Source: Mobula hypostoma
Lineage: Eukaryota
Direction: 5' to 3'
DNA: 64,000 nucleotides
Assembly: GCF_963921235.1 (NCBI RefSeq)
Contig: NC_086108.1
Location: 62,994,001-63,058,000 of the forward strand
The position numbers and the translations under genes are program-made. This document shows positions 26,746 through 40,224 of this stretch, piece after piece (positions within the stretch are counted from its first letter, which is position 1; each line of letters opens with the position of its first letter). The notes under the pieces were generated by a model. It had not been told where the DNA came from. It saw nothing but the letters and a program-made list of their open reading frames with translations, and did not search any database.

Positions 26746-27979
26746 ACAACACCAAGCCAGACTACTCTGGCCTGGGGACTGTGTCTGACTGTAGTCCCAA
26801 GAACTGCACCTGTGCGCCCACTCTTACAAGCTCTCACCCAATCCATTGATCCCTTCAAGATTACCCATCATAGCAATCCGGTCATTTACCATTTCTAGCT
26901 GTCATTGTCCCTAAGGATCACATCTATCTTCCATGCCTCAAGCCCATTGTTCTTGGGCTACTCAACCCAACTAAACCTATACCCCTGGAACTTTGGATGG
27001 TGGAAGCTGGTCCAGTATACACGGTTCACCGATTGATGGATTCACATCATTGAGGATGGTCTGTGCATATCTCCTTGACTGGGAAGGTTATGGCCCGGAG
27101 GAGAGTTCTTGGGTGCCATCCGGTTTCATCTTGAATCCATTGCTCCTTAAGGAGTTCCACTGGACCCATCTGGATCGCTCTGGGCCATTGGATGCCGGTC
27201 ATAGGAGGGAGGGGGTGGTGTCGTGTCCTGTCAGGCCTGCACAGACAAGCACTTCCCAGTCTCCACCTAGCTAACAGGAATCACCTGCCACTTGTTTCCA
27301 ACATCACCTGCAGCCTATTTAATATGTGGGAAGATTTTCTGTCCTTCAACTACCTGAATCAAAAAAATAAGATTACAAGTATGACATGAGAATTTCAATG
27401 TAAATTGCTTGCTCAATCCATGGACAATGCCTTGAAACACAATGCTTTTTCTAATGGCAGAAAGAAGAGTTCAACCAATGGAGCACTGATTTTGCTGAAC
27501 TAAATTACGTTACTTATGATTTCTGGAACAATATGAATCATTGTTGGCACCAATAAAACAAAAAAAATTTGAAGATTGGCTCATATACATGGGTAAATCC
27601 CTCAACTTTCACACATAGTAATAGTCAATCCACTTTACACAATCACTATTATTGTATATTATAAATGTGCTGTTTTCATTTTCAAACTTAATATGGTTAC
27701 TTATTCAAAAATATTAAAAGATTCTAAATTTCAAAAATTCAACCAGAAAACTATTTAGTTTTGTGCTGTACATGAAAAAATTGTTTATAACAAACTACAA
27801 GACACTTCCAAAAAGCACACAAAAGAATTCTCCATTCATCAGCCAGTCTCTATTTCCAGTAGTACCCAATACAGAATCTATAATGAGGAAGATGGAAAGT
27901 GCATATAATTATTTAAACTTTACAGATCTTATGTATTCTGAAAACTAACAACTTTCTATTATGTGCATTTTTGTCTTAG

Positions 27980-28041
27980 ATAGAACACGTTGTTAAAAGA
28001 CATGCTGCATTGCCAGAGCTGGAGTCCAGAGCCAAGGCCAG
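27980..28041 (+). CDS. FGGY: FGGY internal coding exon (62 nt, phase 0/2)
   Basis: Acceptor ttttgtcttag|ATA and donor GCCAG|gtctgt. Translates IEHVVKRHAALPELESRAKA(S), comparable to [21 protein letters not shown]. Phase fits both neighbouring exons. Confidence 0.9.
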
Positions 28042-29149
28042 GTCTGTCTCACTCTTAAAGCCTGGTTAAAAAGATTAATGAATGCTCCTCTGAATGAATG
28101 AAAGTTTTTCTACTGTGCAGGAAAGTGTACTTCATTGCAAAATACAGCATATAACTTTGCTTTAAAGTTGTATTTTCTTTGTGTAGTTATATTTTGAACC
28201 ATTTTTTAAGACGTGAGTTTCACTGGCAAGGCCATTGTTTTGTGCAAACCATAATCACAAAAATTTGAATTTCATATCGAAATGTTTTGGTGAAGTTAGA
28301 ATAAAATGTTGTTTTGATCTAAAATGGTATACGGACTTAGCCACAGCACGTTTGTATACCATTCATGCAAATGTCCAAAGAAAAGTCATATGAACATGCT
28401 AAGCATTAGTTCACTAACATTTCCAAAAAGAATAAATGACCTTATGTATGTCTTCATATATTAAGAATGGCATGTGAAGAATACCAGAAGACCAATTTTC
28501 TGAATATATACTCCTAACATAGCTGTCTCCATGAAACAAAAGCAGATCAGGAAATAATAGGCCTATTAGTAACTTTCTTTGAGACATTAATTTTCCAAAT
28601 TGCAGCCCCATAACGGACTCCTAAGTGTCCAATGTAATATGAATGGAATGAGATCATGTTTCGTGTAATTGTCATATAAATATGTTCAAATCTTCTTCTA
28701 TAAATCATCCAACATGTTCTGTGTATTTAATAATTTCTTGTTTATAAACTTTAAACTTTTTTCTCTCACTGTTCACATCCAGTTCTATTTAAACATTAGG
28801 ACAGTTGAAGTTGGCCTTTTTTTAAATTCTTCTTTTGATGAAGGCCCAACCAGTTCCTGTCCACTTCTATCGTCCTTTGGCTGAACTTAAATTAAGCAAT
28901 TTCCCTTTTGACTTCATTCACTTTCACTAAGTAAGCAAGATAAACTTTATTAGTCCTACCCACGTCAGTCTTTTCATATGGATCATACTGTATATTGTTG
29001 TAGTTCAACTCAAGTGGTCTCTCTCCACTACTTTTCCAATATGTTGATTGCTATATTGATACTGCTTCATGCTCTTTGAAATATTCATGAATTTTAATAA
29101 ATTTCACTTCCTTCCTTGACTTCATTTCAATCCAAATGCGCTTACCTTT

Positions 29150-30483
29150 GGAATCTATTATCAAGAATGAGGTTTTGAGGTACTTGGAGACTAATGATAA
29201 AATAAGTCAAAGTCAGCACGGTTTATGTAAAGTGAAATCTTGCCTGACAAATCTTAGAGTTCTTCGAGGAAGCAACAAGTAGGGTGGATAAAGGAGAGGC
29301 AGTGGATGCCATTTACTTGGATTTTCAGAAGGCGTTTGACAAGGTGCCACACGAGGCTGCTTAACCTATGGCGTTACAGAAAAGATACCGGCATGGATAG
29401 TAGAATGGCTGACAGGAGGCAGCAAATGGGATTAAAAGGGGCCTTTTATGGTTGGCTGCCAGTGACTAGTGGTGTTCCTCAGAGTCAGTATTGAAACTGC
29501 TACTTTTTATTTTGTTTGTCATTGATTTAGATAATGGAATTGATGTCTTTGTGACAAAGTTTGCAGATGATACGAAGATGGGTGGAGGGGTAGGTAGTGC
29601 TGAGGAAGTAATGCGATTGCAGCAGGACTTAGACAAATTGGAAGAATGGGCAGAAAAGTGGCAGATGGAATACAGTGTTGGGAAATGTATGATAATGCAT
29701 TTTGGTAAAAGGAACAATAGTGCAGATTATTATCTGAATGGGAGGAGGTTCAAACATCAGAGGTGCAAAGGGACTTAGGAGTCCTCATGCAAGACTCCCA
29801 GAAGGTTAATTTACAGGTTGAGTCTACTGAAAAGAAGGCAAATGCAATGCTGGCATATATTTCAAAGGGAATAGAATATAAAAGCAAGGAGGTAATACTG
29901 AGCCTTTATAAGACACTAGTCAGGCTGCACTTGGAGTATTGTCAACTGTTTTGGGCCCCATATCTCAGAAAGGATGTGTTGTCATTGGAGAGAGTCCAGA
30001 GGAGGTTCATGAGGATGATTCCAGAAATGAAGGGGTTAACATATAAGGAGCATTTTGTAGCTTTGGGTCTATACTCACTGGAATTTAGAAGAATGCAGGG
30101 GGGATCTCATTGAAATCTACTGAAAGGACTAAATAGGGTGAATGTGAAGAGGATGTTTCCTATGGTGGAGGTATCCAGAACTAGAGGGCACAGCCTCAAA
30201 ATTGAGGGGTGACCTTTTAGAACAGAGGTAAGGAGGAATTTTTTTAGCTAGTGAGTAGTGAACCTGTGGAATGCTCTGCCACAGACTGTGGCAGACGCCA
30301 AGTCCATAAGTATATTTAAGGCAGAAGTTGATCATTTCCTGATCGGTCAGAGCATCAGAGGATATGGCGAGAAGGCATGTGTATGGGGTTGAGTGGGATC
30401 CTGGATCAGCCATGATGGAATGGCAGAACTGAATGGCCTAATTCTGCTCCTATGTTTTATGGTTTTATGGTCTTATGGTCTTA
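29150..30483 (+). mobile_element. CR1 LINE, 5'-truncated
   Basis: KFADDTK, WAEKWQM and HLEYCQLFWAP motifs. Tail TTATGGTCTTATGGTCTTA. Confidence 0.92.
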
Positions 30484-31435
30484 CCCTCAGTAGTGAAACA
30501 GTGAATCATAGTTCTGCACTGTTTAGCCAGGGAAAGTATTGTCCTCATATCTTTCCTGCAGAGTTGTCTAAGAACTTTGTGAATTTCAATGAGGTTAATT
30601 TCCTAAACTCTGGATAATAAAGGCCTTGCCAATTTAATGTCTCCTAATATGACAGAACCATAGTTCCAAGAACCAGTCTTGGGAATTTTTCGGTGAGGGC
30701 AACAATATTTCACGTAATACTCCATCTGTGGTTTCTTCAAGGCCCTATAGCCACACCTTTATTCTTATACTCAGATCCTCTTACAATAGAGGTTAACAAT
30801 TTGCTATTCCCTATTGTATCTGCGTATTAGCTTTCTAATTTAAGTACAAAGGCACTCGTGCTCCTTAAATTTTAATACTTCCCATTCTGTCAGCATTTAA
30901 AACATATTCAGCATTTCTGTTTGTTCTAATTAAGTGGATAAACTCATCTATTTCCATATTTGCTTGATTGTTTCTTGTTGGTTACCTTGTTCTAAATCCT
31001 TTAAGTCTCTAGAGTTCATAGAGAATGGTGCTTAGAGGGGCATCCATAGAAGTTTGTCAAAGTTGTTGTTCACATGCTGAATCTACACAAACTGCTAAGA
31101 AAGTAAAAGCACAGTAGTGCCTTCTTTGTGATCACACATGTCCTACTTCCAGGAAAGATCCTCTGATATGTTAACACCAAGAAATTTATAGCTACTAAAT
31201 ACATCCATTTATTTAATGATGAGTAGGTCATGGGCCTCTGTCTTCTTCCTTCTGTAGTGGTATTGTTGTGGCAGCGCTCAGCCAGATATTCAATCTCCTT
31301 CCTATATGCTGATTTGTTACCACCTCTGCTTTGGCTAACGTGTGCTCCAATGCTTTTATTTGAGATTTTCAATACCATCCCAATTGCTTCTTCTCCACTC
31401 TGAGCAGTTAAAGACCAGGGATTTCCACGTATCAG

Positions 31436-32941
31436 CGCAGATGGTGTCAGTACCAGGGTGCTCAAAGCCTGTGCCCCTCAGCTATGAGGAGTACTTCGCC
31501 ATATATTCAACATGAGCCTGAGGCTCCGGAGGGTTCCTGTACTGTGGAAGACGTCCTGCCTCGTCCCTGTGCCGAAGATGCTGCGCCCCAGTGACCTCAA
31601 TGACTACAGACCGGTGGCATTGACCTCCCACATCATGAAGACCCTGGAGAGACTTGTTCTGGAGCTGTTCCGGCCTATGGTCAGGCCACACTTAGATCCC
31701 CTCCAGTTCGCCTACCAGCCCCGACTAGGAGTTGAGGATGCCATCGTCTACCTGCTGAACCGTGTCTATGCCCACCTGGACAAGCCAGCAAGCACTGTGA
31801 GGGTCATGTTTTTTGACTTCTCCAGTGCGTTCAACACCATCCACCCTGCTCTGCTGGGGGAGAAGCTGACAGCGATGCAGGTGGATGCTCCCCTGGTGTC
31901 ATGGATTCTTGATTACCTGACTGGCAGACCACAGTACGTGTGCTTGTAACACTGTGTGTCCGACAGAGTGATCAGCAGCACTGGGGGTCCAAAGGGGACC
32001 GTCTTTTCTCCCTTTCTCTTCACCATTTACACCTCAGACTTCAACTACTGCACAGAGTCTTGTCATCTTCAGAAGTTTTCGGATGACTCTGCCATAGTTG
32101 GATGCATCAGCAAGGGAGATGAGATTGAGTACAGGGCTACTGTAGGAAACTTTGTCACATGGTGTGAGCAGAATTATCTGCAGCTTAATGTGAAAAAGAC
32201 TAAGGAGCTGGTGGTAGACCTGAGGAGAGCTAAGGTACCGGTGACCCCTGTTTTCATCCAGGGGGTCAGTGTGGACATGGTGGAGGATTACAAATACCTG
32301 GAGATACGTATTGACAATAAACTGGACTGGTCAAAGAACACTGAGGCTGTCTACAAGAAGGGTCAGAGCCGTCTCTATTTCCTGAGGAGACTGAGGTCCT
32401 TTAACATCTGCCGGACGATGCTGAGGATGTTCTACGAGTCTGTGGTGGCCAGTGCTATCATGTTTGCTGTTGTGTGCTGGGGCAGCAGGCTGAGGGTGGC
32501 AGACACCAACAGAATCAACAAACTTTTTCGAAAGGCCAGTGATGTTGTGGGGATGGAACTGGACTCTCTCACGGTGGTGTCTGAAAAGGGGATGCTGTCT
32601 ATGTTGCATGCCATCTTGGTCAATGTCTCCCATCCACTACATAATGTACTGGGTGGGCACAGGAGTACATTCAGCCAGAGACTCATTCCTCCAAGATGCA
32701 GCACAGAGTGTCATAGGAAGTCATTCCTGCCTGTGACCATCAAACTTTACAACTCCTCCCTTGGAGGGTCAGACACCCTGTGCCAATAGGCTGGTCCTGG
32801 ACTTATTTCATAATTTACTGGCATAATTTACATATTACTATTTAACTATTTATGGTTCTATTACTATTCATTACTTATGGTGCAACTGTAACAAAAAACA
32901 ATTTCCCCCTGGGATCAATAAAGTATGACTATGACTATGAA
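31436..32941 (+). mobile_element. Rex1/Babar-like LINE, young 5'-truncated copy
   Basis: ORFs 31512-31949 and 31956-32789 are in frame across one stop, with DYRPVALTSH, FFDFSSAFNT and KFSDD. Tail AATAAAGTATGACTATGACTATGA. Confidence 0.93.
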
Positions 32942-34056
32942 TCTCTGTTTCAGTGCAGTTGATCTGCACAGAGCTGCTGACACACTGCAACATGATGTGC
33001 CCTGCAGTCCTAGCAGCATTAGCTGCTCTCTCACCTCCTGCTCTCTGGCAGACCACAACAAAATGTACTCAGCTCTCTTACTATAGAGAGAGATAAAAGA
33101 CAGCAAATAGCATGGTGTTACATAAACTTTGAGCTCCTCCTTGGAAGGAACCTGAGGCATGTAATCTCATCACTGTACTTTTTGCAACTCTGTGGTTATA
33201 ACTGTGTCTGCACAAGCAGCAGAGTTTGTTCAGAACATCATTAGTAAAACTTGGACATGAAAGAGAACTACTCCCCAATTCCTCAAGTAGATATGGCATT
33301 TTCCCCTCCTCCTCCTGCCTGTTTCAAAAACTTATCCTACCCTGAGTGCCCTCTGTCTATGCAAGGAATGTTTAGAAGTAAATCATTTTTGAAGAAACTC
33401 CATCATACCTGCCACACCCCTCCCTGGAGCCTGTAACAACTCAGTCAACTATTGAAAGCTCCAGGCATATTGAATTATAGTAATAAGCTGGAGTTGTAAA
33501 TCATAATTAGCTGGCGATTAATGAACAGTCTCTTCAGAACACACTGTTGCTGCTGGTGAGTGGGACTTTGATGTTAGTTTAGGTGGAGCTTATTGGGAGG
33601 TTGGGGAGGTGAGCATGGCAATTGTCTTGAAGTGTCTTGTGAGTGAAAAATGTATTCACCCATCCATGGAAAGGCATTAGTGAGAACTTTAAGCATCAAA
33701 AATTGTACAGCCTGTGCTGCATGTGACCTATATACAATTTCATGTCCTATATCTGGAAAACTTCAATGTGAATACGCTAATATCTTTGCACCACAAAGGC
33801 AAGAACATGCCACAGACTCCATTTGAAGTTCTCAGGAATCTAACAATGCCCAACTAACTGGCACTGAGGATTCTAATTTCTTATTGGCTTGCATATTCCC
33901 ATCTCAAGCCATTTTCACGTTCTGGAAAAAAGAGACCGATCTGAAATATTGGCTCCTTTTCCCCTCTCTGCAGGTGAATAAGCACATGGACAGGAGGGAT
34001 ATGAAGGACTATGGTTTAGGTGCAGGTCGATGGAACTAGACAGAATAGTAGTTCAA

Positions 34057-34220
34057 GCAACGCACAGAAAATGCTGGAGGAACTCAGCAGACAGGCAGCA
34101 TCAATGGAGTCCTATCGACTATACTCTTTTCCGTAGGTGCTGCCTGGCCTGCTGAGTTCCTCCAGCATTTTGTGTGTTTTGCTTAGATTTCCAGCATCTG
34201 CAGATTTTCTCTTGTTTGAG
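34057..34220. mobile_element. Palindromic Penelope-terminus-derived short element inserted in a CR1 tail
   Basis: Inverted arms AAAATGCTGGAGGAACTCAGCAG...CTGCTGAGTTCCTCCAGCATTTT. The right arm is shared with 43284-43399. Confidence 0.7.
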
Positions 34221-34454
34221 AGTAATAGTTAAGCACGGACTAGGTAGGTTGAAGTGCCTATTTCTGTGCTATAGTGCTTTATGACTCACAGATAAAAATC
34301 CATTTAAAATATGTAGTTTAATATATCAATATATTATTATACTTAAATGGTATGTAATATTTTACAGCATGGCTTTACCTCAGAAGAAATAGGAGGTGCA
34401 TTTTGGTCCTGTACTTTACTATATATGCAAACAAGTGTGATAGTAACGACACAG

Positions 34455-34826
34455 AGAAGGACTCAGGACTCACACCATCAGGTTACAGACAGTTATTACC
34501 CCTCAATCGTAAGGCTTTTGAACCAGAGGGGATGACTTCACTCAACTTCTCTTGCCCCATCACTAAAATGATCCCACAAGAACTCTTCATCTCATGTTCT
34601 TGATATTTATTACTTATTGTTATTGTTATTTCTTTCTTTTTGTATTTACACATTTTGTTGTCTTTTACACACTGGTTGAATGTCCAGATGGTGTGGTCTT
34701 TCACTGATTCTATTATGGTTATTATTTTATAATGGATTTATTGAGAATGCCCACAAGAAAATGAATCTCAGGGTTGTATATGGTGACATATATGTACTTT
34801 GATAATAAGTTTACTTTGAACTTTTC
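34455..34826 (+). mobile_element. Rex1/L2-like LINE 3' end
   Basis: RTHT.R...SYYPS..RLLN C-terminus, followed by a 3' UTR ending GATAATAAGTTTACTTTGAAC. Confidence 0.75.
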
Positions 34827-35409
34827 TGATTGTTCAAAGTATCTGCTAAAGTATTTATGCTGTCAGTAAATTCAACCAAACATGAAAACCTTATTCATGA
34901 ATAAGTTATGAAGTCTTTTAGTCTTTATTAATCAAGTCAGTATTCATTCCTAAATTTACAGTACCTCTCAATACTTGCCTAGACCTGTGAACGTTACATT
35001 TCCAACATTCCAACCACTGTTCTTGTATGTGAATTCAACTTCTTTGGAGAAAGGCAGTGAGAGCTGTTTGTTTATTTTCCAAAGGAACACCTCATACCAT
35101 TGTCCATTTCATGGGAGTGAGTTAATATGGAAGACCTTGATAGCCTTAATTTCCAAATGCATCTACATAAAAGATTATTTTTGGCCACTTTGTTTACTTT
35201 CATTCTTGATCTACTCCTATATTTCTCATAATCAGCTTAAATGTTACGTCTTACAATTAAGATATAGAAAACAGACACAAAGAAATGCTTACTTAATTTC
35301 CTGAGTGTGGATCTATAGCAGCAAAATTATCAGGATTATCAAAGGTACTTTTCATATATGCTATTGAAAACCTGAACTGCATCATTCACTTCTGGGAGTG
35401 TATATCTTG

Positions 35410-36078
35410 CACAATCTCTCATGGCCTAAGAAAACATCCTACCCAGTCTAGAAAGCTCACTGATGTCCCTACTTTCTGAGGAGGCTGAAGCAAGCTGGAC
35501 TATGTATGTCAATATTCATGATATTCTACAGATGAGTATTTGAGAACATTCTAATATGCTGCATCCCTGTGAGGTACAGAAACTGCTATGCAGCATATAG
35601 GAGGGCTTTACGGTAGGCAGTCAAAGTTGCCCAGTGCATCATTGGCACTAGCCTACCCACCATAAAGGACATATATACAGAAAAATGCTGGGAAAATGCC
35701 AGAAACATCATGAAGGATCCCACCCACTTTCATTATGGAAGGCCTGTACTCCCATCAAGGAAGAGGCTGCACACCAGGACTACAAGACTCAAAAACAATT
35801 ACTTCCTCTAAGCTGTCAGGCTGATCAACAATTCCACATATACACCAATCCACCACCACTACATTGTCATAGTCACTTGATGTACAGATACTCCTGAACC
35901 TAGCATCACTTTATGTACATACAGTCTATGTATATAAGATAACCTTATGTATTTCTATTTATTGTGTTCTTTATTGTGTTTTTGTGCAGCATCAGATCCA
36001 GAATAACAATCAATTCACTCTCCTTTACATTTGTGTACTGAAAAAGGACAATGAACTATTTTGAATCTTGAACCTTGA
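35410..36078 (+). mobile_element. Degenerate Rex1-like LINE 3' portion
   Basis: YFLRRLK and IMKDPTH remnants. Tail TTGAATCTTGAACCTTGA. Confidence 0.7.
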
Positions 36079-37371
36079 TAGCACAATTCAAACTCATGAC
36101 CCAGAATTTCCTGAAAACCTTGGCATACCACCACAAGTTTATAGTACAATAATAATTCCTGCACAAAAGATGAAGAAAATTATTAAATAAGTGAATTTTG
36201 CCAACATTTGTCATGCCTGAGTTTCCCAAATCCTCTGTATTGATGAAGTAAACCTATTATTAATTTCATTTGCGACTGATAACTACAATTATGTCATCAT
36301 AATTAAAATAATTATAAGATGAATTATTTATGCTGTTACATTTTTGTTAAAATGTTGTGTATAAATGTTGATTTGGTGACTTCAAATTTAATTTTCATAC
36401 AAAAAGAAGAATTAATTGAAGAATGTGCTATGAAGTAGCACAATTTCCTTGACTTCAAATGACGTTTACATTTCAGAAAATGGCAGGAAATTTAGCTTTT
36501 GTGCTTTTTGCAAAATTGGCGTAGAAACTGCTGTAAACTTTGATATGATTTCTCAGTTATTTTAGGTCTTTTGATTGAATAAACATGCATATCCTTGGAA
36601 GTCATAAACCGATTAACAGCATGCAATTAAAAATGTCTTTCTGCAGTAATGTGAACAAAGGCATATAGTGAAAATTGGACTGATATGAGACTTATCTACA
36701 ACTCTGGGATCCCTATAATAATATAAATTGAATTATTTGAATTCTCTGTGCACCAAGATTTAGTACCCTTGAAAATGCAATTAACTCCTCTACACAACAA
36801 ATTTAACACATTTGTTAACCAACATCTTAAAGTGTATTAGCCTGCAATAGCCTCCACAGTTACAAAACTTCTTAATATAATGTTCACAATTATTGTAGTT
36901 GACTATAAGCTGGATATTTTTATCCATTTTATGGAAATATTTTTTCTCAATTTATACCACATTATACCAAGATGAACAGTTGAATTTTTGTGTCAAGCAG
37001 GTCAGTAGACAGAACAACTGGTGAAGTAAAATATAAATTGGGTTACCAGTCTTTTTATCTCTGTTTTGTTTCCTCCTGTCGGAATAAAATTCTCTTTTAA
37101 TCAATCCAGGTTACAATGTGCCTGTACCATGGTTATTAGTGCTGGGTGTAGGATGTTTGTTGGGTTGTTTGAAAAAATGGAACATTTATCAACAAACTAA
37201 CTTCTCAATTCATTGAGAGGGTAATAAATATGAATAATCATTTCTAGAATAACTCCTTAAATGCAGCAAGAAATTTTTGTCTGAAGCAGATATCATCTCA
37301 AAGACTGCAACTTTGAATATATTTAAACACTTTAAAATAAACAGTAGGGAAGACACTTCACAGAGTACATC

Positions 37372-38184
37372 CAGTGGATTCTGATTAATTGAGCCGTCAG
37401 ATAAATGGGGAAGCCACTTATTTAGGACAATTCTTGGAGAACAAACACAAATTAAGAAAATATCTGGAATATCTGGATTCCCTTTGCTTATTTGGGGCAC
37501 CATGCCACTTAATTGGGACAGGCACTGTTGCCGAGCCATCAGTTGCATGCACATGCGTGGCCGTTAGACACTACACAATGCTTAGAGTGAGTGAACAGAT
37601 TTTAAATAATGCCAGCTGCATGTGTTTCTGTTCAAAAAGCAATGATTTTTTTGTCACTGACGGGTGGCAAGAAAAAGCAGTAAGACAATTAAGAACTGAT
37701 TTGCTCACTTGTGGTTTCAAGCATCCAGGCTTGGAGATGCCGGAAATGTGCAGGAGTGAAAATGAAACAATTTCACTACCTAAACATGTTAGGACTATGA
37801 AGAGTTTGAAGGTGTCAAGACTCATCTTGAATGTTACAATGAAAATGAAGATTTGGAGGATCCGATCACGAAAGCATTGTATGAAGGCAGTCCATTATCT
37901 AAACTAGGTCTGTGCTGATTTGTTCAATCAATCAAAAGGACATGGCAGCATACACTGAATAAATTCCATCATCGATAACTATTAAGAACTAATACGCAAT
38001 ATTTTAGTACTGTAGTACTTCTGGTAGTGTTCTAATTTGTTCTGTATTTCATTTAAATACATTTTTTTTATTATGTTAATCAATAGTTTGGCTTTCTTAT
38101 ACCTTTTCAACTATTTCCATGAAACATTGGCTATTTGAGTCAATATGTACTGGTCTCAATGTATCAATTAATGGGAACCCACTG
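37372..38184 (+). mobile_element. Tigger/pogo-like non-autonomous DNA transposon
   Basis: Imperfect TIRs CAGTGGATTCTGATTAATTGA / TCAATTAATGGGAACCCACTG followed by TA. Acidic C-terminal remnant inside. Confidence 0.65.
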
Positions 38185-38428
38185 TATTTCGTTCTTGTGC
38201 ATACTTGCATTTGCATACATGCCTTAAATGTGCCTCACTGACTTTAGAGTGTAAACATGGGCTCTTACATTTTTTTTCAATGTCAAATATAATCTCACTG
38301 TTAAAAAATCTCATATAATTTTATTCACAAAATTACAGCAGTGAAATGACCAGTTTTATTCTTGGCTTATAACTGAGCAATGTTACAGTTATAAATGGTT
38401 GATTTCAGAATGTTTTCTTTTCTTTTAG

Positions 38429-38576
38429 TGGGAAGAATGTCTATATGTACTTAAACTGTCACCTGGAGTCCATTAAAAAGTGCTCTGCTGTGGGCATGCT
38501 AACAGAAGATTTACATGTTTGGCCTGATTTCCATGGTAACAGATCTCCCTTAGCAGATCCTACCCTAAAGGGCATG
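38429..38576 (+). CDS. FGGY: FGGY internal coding exon (148 nt, phase 2/0)
   Basis: Acceptor tttcttttag|T and donor GGCATG|gtaggt. Translates (S)[49 protein letters not shown], containing the family motif PDFHGNRSP. Confidence 0.97.
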
Positions 38577-39162
38577 GTAGGTACATTTCAGTGTTACAAA
38601 GAAGCCTTTTATAGCTTGGTTTGAAACAATGACAAAGTTTTCTGAAATTTTGTATAAAATGTGTTTCTAGCTGCCAATTTGATTGATTTTTGTTGATGTC
38701 ATTTCTTTTTGTCAATGTGTGCTGACATATTTTACTTCATTAGCTGCCTTTTCCGATTTATTAAGCTTAAGGTTGCTGTCTGTTTCATTATTGTTTTCTG
38801 CTAATCCAGAATATCTGAGTTTTTTTTTAACTTTCAATGTAGTTTTTTTTTCTGAACAGCAAAGTGGGAGAGTAATAGTTGCCTTTTTCCTTACAGCATT
38901 GAAAATGTAAGTTTTCAGAGAACAATGGGCATGGCAGGAATGTGATTAGATTTTTTGGTATTTGTCTTATTTATTTAATATTGCTGCCAAAGGCCCTCTC
39001 ATGTTTATTGAGAAAGGCAAGGATGCACATGCTTGAACCATCTGTTGAATCATAGCCTCCTAACAAATAGCTCGATTCTGGTAGCACAGGATTACTAAAA
39101 CATAAAAACTTAAGAAATAGCAGTAGAAGTAGCCACATGGCCTCTTGAGCCATTCTCTATTC

Positions 39163-39411
39163 CTGTGGTCCCCAACCTCCAGGCCGCAGACTGATACTGG
39201 GCTGCGAAGCATGCAGTGGTAGCCGGGACGCTGGGTCGCCCATCGCCTCTGATCTGGGCCGACATTTACGTGCTGGGTGGCACCTAATTAATTAGCTTGT
39301 TTATTTCGGCCTTTTTCTTAAAGATGTGCTGGGTGCCTCCCGGCCACCACTGCACCCCTGCATGCTTCGCGGCCCAGTATTGGTCCGCGGCCTGGAGGTT
39401 GGGGACCACTG
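39163..39411. mobile_element. hAT (Charlie-like) MITE
   Basis: Exact 8-bp TSD CTCTATTC (39155-39162, 39412-39419). TIRs C(T)GTGGTCCCCAACCTCCAGGCCGC / GCGGCCTGGAGGTTGGGGACCACTG. Confidence 0.92.
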
Positions 39412-39454
39412 CTCTATTCAATAAAATCAGAGCTAGTCTAACTTTATTACTTTC

Positions 39455-39897
39455 TATGGATGTTGCCTGGATTGGGGAGCATGCCTTATGAAAACAGGTT
39501 GAGTGAACTTGTCTTTTTCTCCTTGGAGCGACAGAGGATGAGAAGTGACCTGGTGTATAAGATGATGAGAGGCATTGATTGTGTGGATAGTCAGAGGCTT
39601 TTTCCCAGGGCTGAAATGGTTGCCGCAAGAGGACACAGGTTTAAGGCGCTGGAAAGTAGGTACAGAGGAGATATCTGGGGTAAGGTTTTTACGCAGAGTG
39701 GTGAGTGCATGGAATGGGCTGCTGGCAACAGTGGTGGAGGTGGATGCAACAGGGTCTTTTAGGAGACTTTTGGATAGGTACATGGAGCTTAGAAAAGTAA
39801 AGGGCTATAGGTAATCCTAGTAATTTCTAAGGTAGGGACATGTTTGGCACAACTTTGTGGGCTGAAGGGCCTGTATTGTGCTGTAGGTTTTCTATGA
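39455..39897 (+). mobile_element. CR1 3' fragment
   Basis: MLPGLGSMPYENRLSEL..FSLER. Same subfamily as 52805-55750. Confidence 0.9.
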
Positions 39898-40224
39898 AAG
39901 GACACCATGGACAAAAGCATGTCTCTCTTGTCCTTGATATATTCAGTGATTCTGTATTTAGAGATATCTGGAGTAGATAATTTCAAAGATTCATGATCCT
40001 CTGCTTAAAATGAAATTCTGTTCATCTAGATCTTAATTGAGCAACCAATACCCTTTGACTAAACTATGCCTTTCATTTCTAGGTTCCTGCATCCAAGGAG
40101 ATATCCCATCAGAATCTTATGTTTTAATAAGATCACCTCTCATTCTTAAATTTGCAGCTGAATATTGGTCTCACCTGGTAGCTGTAGTGCAATTGCTCAA
40201 GTTGAGTAACATGTTCTCCTAAGG

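Larger units (their letters stand above)
21638..27322 (+). mobile_element. Decayed Gypsy/Sushi-like chromovirus LTR retrotransposon
   Basis: 5' LTR starts TGTCAGGCCTGCACAG at 21638 and the same sequence recurs at 27229 after a PPT (AGGAGGGAGGGGG). Gag FLSQC.LHFE.QP...AKIVFVISL.TGRA, RT AFITPTGHYEYLVMPF, integrase HIAMDFI.GLP, chromodomain [17 protein letters not shown]. The 3' LTR is truncated. Confidence 0.92.

Noticed and set aside
37389..37907. 172-aa ORF
   Set aside because: It sits inside a Tigger-like non-autonomous element and shows no coherent domain.
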